Positions 62,176 to 64,000 of a DNA stretch of 64,000 nucleotides are shown one piece after another. Made by a program: the position numbers and the translations under genes. A model generated the notes under the pieces. That model was not told the DNA's origin. It did no database searches and worked only from the letters and a program-made list of their open reading frames with translations. Source of the DNA: Takakia lepidozioides (Eukaryota; Plantae; Bryophyta); NCBI GenBank assembly GCA_030704615.1, contig CM060734.1:33728001-33792000 (forward strand). The letters run 5' to 3'. Numbering within the stretch: position 1 is the first letter of the stretch; every line of letters begins with the position of its first letter.

Positions 62176-63096
62176 GACCTACAGCTAGTGTATCATGGGG
62201 GTGTTTCCTATTTGTTTCCCTTTTCGCATTCATCTTAGCTACCTTACCATTGATAATTACGTATTAGTTTCCTTCACTCCTCCATTCAATCCACAGCTTC
62301 ACTCAGATCTCTCTACACAGTGTGATTGTATCGTATAAATATCAGATTATGATTTATCAGGTATCAGGCCGAAGCCATTGTATCTCTATTCTCCTCTACA
62401 ATATCCCTACGGCTTTGCATCTAACAAGCATCTACTAATCCTCCTTCATCGTGCTCTCCGATCTCCGCTTCCGCCTGACTCCCAAGTCCTCCCCCGAATA
62501 ATGATCTCATCATAATCCCCGTTTTCCCTTTATCCTCCTATCCGCGGTTCTAACCGTTTCCCTCTCTAACCGTCGTATGTGAACTAACATGTTCCCTTCT
62601 CTGGTGTTGTTCCCCACAGTCGTTCCCTGTCCTACTCTTCGTTCCCTATTATCGTGACAGCTGTGTCAAGCGGTGACTGGCTGTGTTTGGCTGTGTCGGG
62701 CTGTGACTGGCTGTGTGGCTATGCCGGGCTGTGACTGGCTGTGTGGGCTGTGTCTGCTGTGACGACTGTGACGGGCTGTGTGGGCTGTGTGGGCTGTGAC
62801 GACTATGACGGGCTGTGTGGGCTGTGACGGCTGTGACGGGCTGTGTTGGCTGTGACGGCTGTGTGGGCTGTGTGGGCTGTGACGGCTGTGTCGGGCTGTG
62901 TGGGCTGTGTGGGCTGTGTCGGCTGTGTGGGCTGTGACGGCTGTGACGGGCTGTGTTGGCTGTGTGGGTTGTGTAACCCCCTTCTACAGTGCTCTGCTGT
63001 CACCCCTAAGGTTCCTGTTTGTCTCAGTCTGTGCAAAAATTAAGGGTACCCTACAGATCCCGTATAAGTGTCTAAGTCCCCTACAGTCCTCTAACA
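62068..63096 (-). repeat. 5' LTR
   Basis: TGTTAGAGG...GCGCGACA on minus strand, followed by PBS. Confidence 0.97.
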
Positions 63097-64000
63097 GTGG
63101 CAGAGCCAACGAAGAGTTCAGACTCTCCAATACCATTGCAGTTGAGTTACATGAGTGAAGAAGAAACCCAAGGGCAGAACTTGGAGGATGAAAATAGAGA
63201 GAAGAAATTGGAAGAGGAAGAGTATGAAGAAGTAGACCCAATAGCTGAGTTGATACTACAACCAGGACATCCCAACCCGTTGGACCTGGATCAAGTGGAG
63301 CACTTGGATCACATGCCAATGAAGGTGTCGGCTCAGGGGGATCAGGCGGGTTGCCTGGATCTGGCTCTCGGGGGACAGGGAGTGTGGAAAGTAGTGCAAC
63401 TGGAGCTGGGAATACTGTGAATATCGTGGGGCCAGTAGCAAGGAGTGCTCAAGGGCCACCACTTGGTGGAAGATCCACCACAACAACACAGGTCCTCAAG
63501 GACCAGCACCAGCAAGGTGCCAGCACCTGTCAGTGGGCAGAAGGTAGGGCCACAGATGGCGTTACAACCAACACGGACAAAACCACATTTTCCAATATAT
63601 TCAGGAAAAGGGGATCCCGATGTACACATTAGCCAATTTGAGCACATGTGTATAGTGAACAATGAGAATGGCGATGATGCCAAGATGAGATTGTTTCCTT
63701 GTTCACTTATCAAGAAAGCAAGTGAATGGTATGCAAGATTCCCTGATAATCATTTGCTAACCTGGAATGGCTTGAATACAACATTCCGAAATAGGTTCAG
63801 GACAAGTAAAACTGAGGATGAAGTGTATGGAAGTTTACAACAGTTAAAGCAAAAGAAACATGAAACTGTTGAGCAGTATATGGAAAAGATGGAATTGATG
63901 ATGAAAAAGCTGGCTGCTGTACCAGCACCAGGTTTACAAAAGACTTGGTTTATGAGTGGACTAAGACCAGAGTTGCAAAAGAAAGTGGATATGTTACCCC

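Larger units (their letters stand above)
53842..63096 (-). mobile_element. Intact, recent non-chromovirus Ty3/Gypsy element (family A), 9255 bp
   Basis: Two TG..CA LTRs (1030 and 1029 bp), TSD GTGGC (53837-53841 and 63097-63101), PBS, PPT, unbroken Gag-Pol. Confidence 0.98.
51924..64000 (+). mobile_element. Gypsy family A copy 4 (5' LTR 51924-52888, PBS 52891-52908, damaged ORF1 and gag), split by the intact element; resumes at 63097 and runs off the window
   Basis: GAGGATGTGGC (to 53841) and GTGGCAGAGCC (from 63097) reconstitute the gag sequence seen at ~42410. Confidence 0.93.

Overview
Eukaryotic, repeat-saturated window, most likely from a non-seed land plant (inferred from PLS-type PPR remnants, GT-AG introns and plant-type Ty3/Gypsy elements). 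From left to right: (1) a decayed Met-primed, chromovirus-like Gypsy element inserted in a Helitron Rep remnant; (2) six full or partial copies of one Arg-primed non-chromovirus Gypsy family, repeatedly nested in itself, one of them intact and very young (53842-63096, TSD GTGGC, LTRs differing by one indel that I could find, 2170-aa Gag-Pol); (3) decayed PPR gene duplicates; (4) an unidentified degenerate multi-exon region (47.7-51.9 kb). The most interesting object is a ~13.4-kb Mutator-like DNA transposon (14365-27980; TIRs and 9-bp TSD GTTTCAACC). Besides a GCM-like/DDE/SWIM transposase it carries a spliced gene that, once a 3.4-kb inversion between two CAGCTG sites is undone, joins a ParB/Srx-like domain (DGNHRMLA) to a bacterial-type beta-class N6A/N4C DNA methyltransferase domain. 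The element also holds more than 30 copies of the palindrome AATTTCGGCGCCGAAATT, mostly spaced ~63 bp (6 helical turns) apart. This looks like a ParB/parS-plus-methylase module on a plant transposon. The copy here is damaged (stops, frameshifts, inversion). All domain calls are by-eye motif recognition, not database searches.
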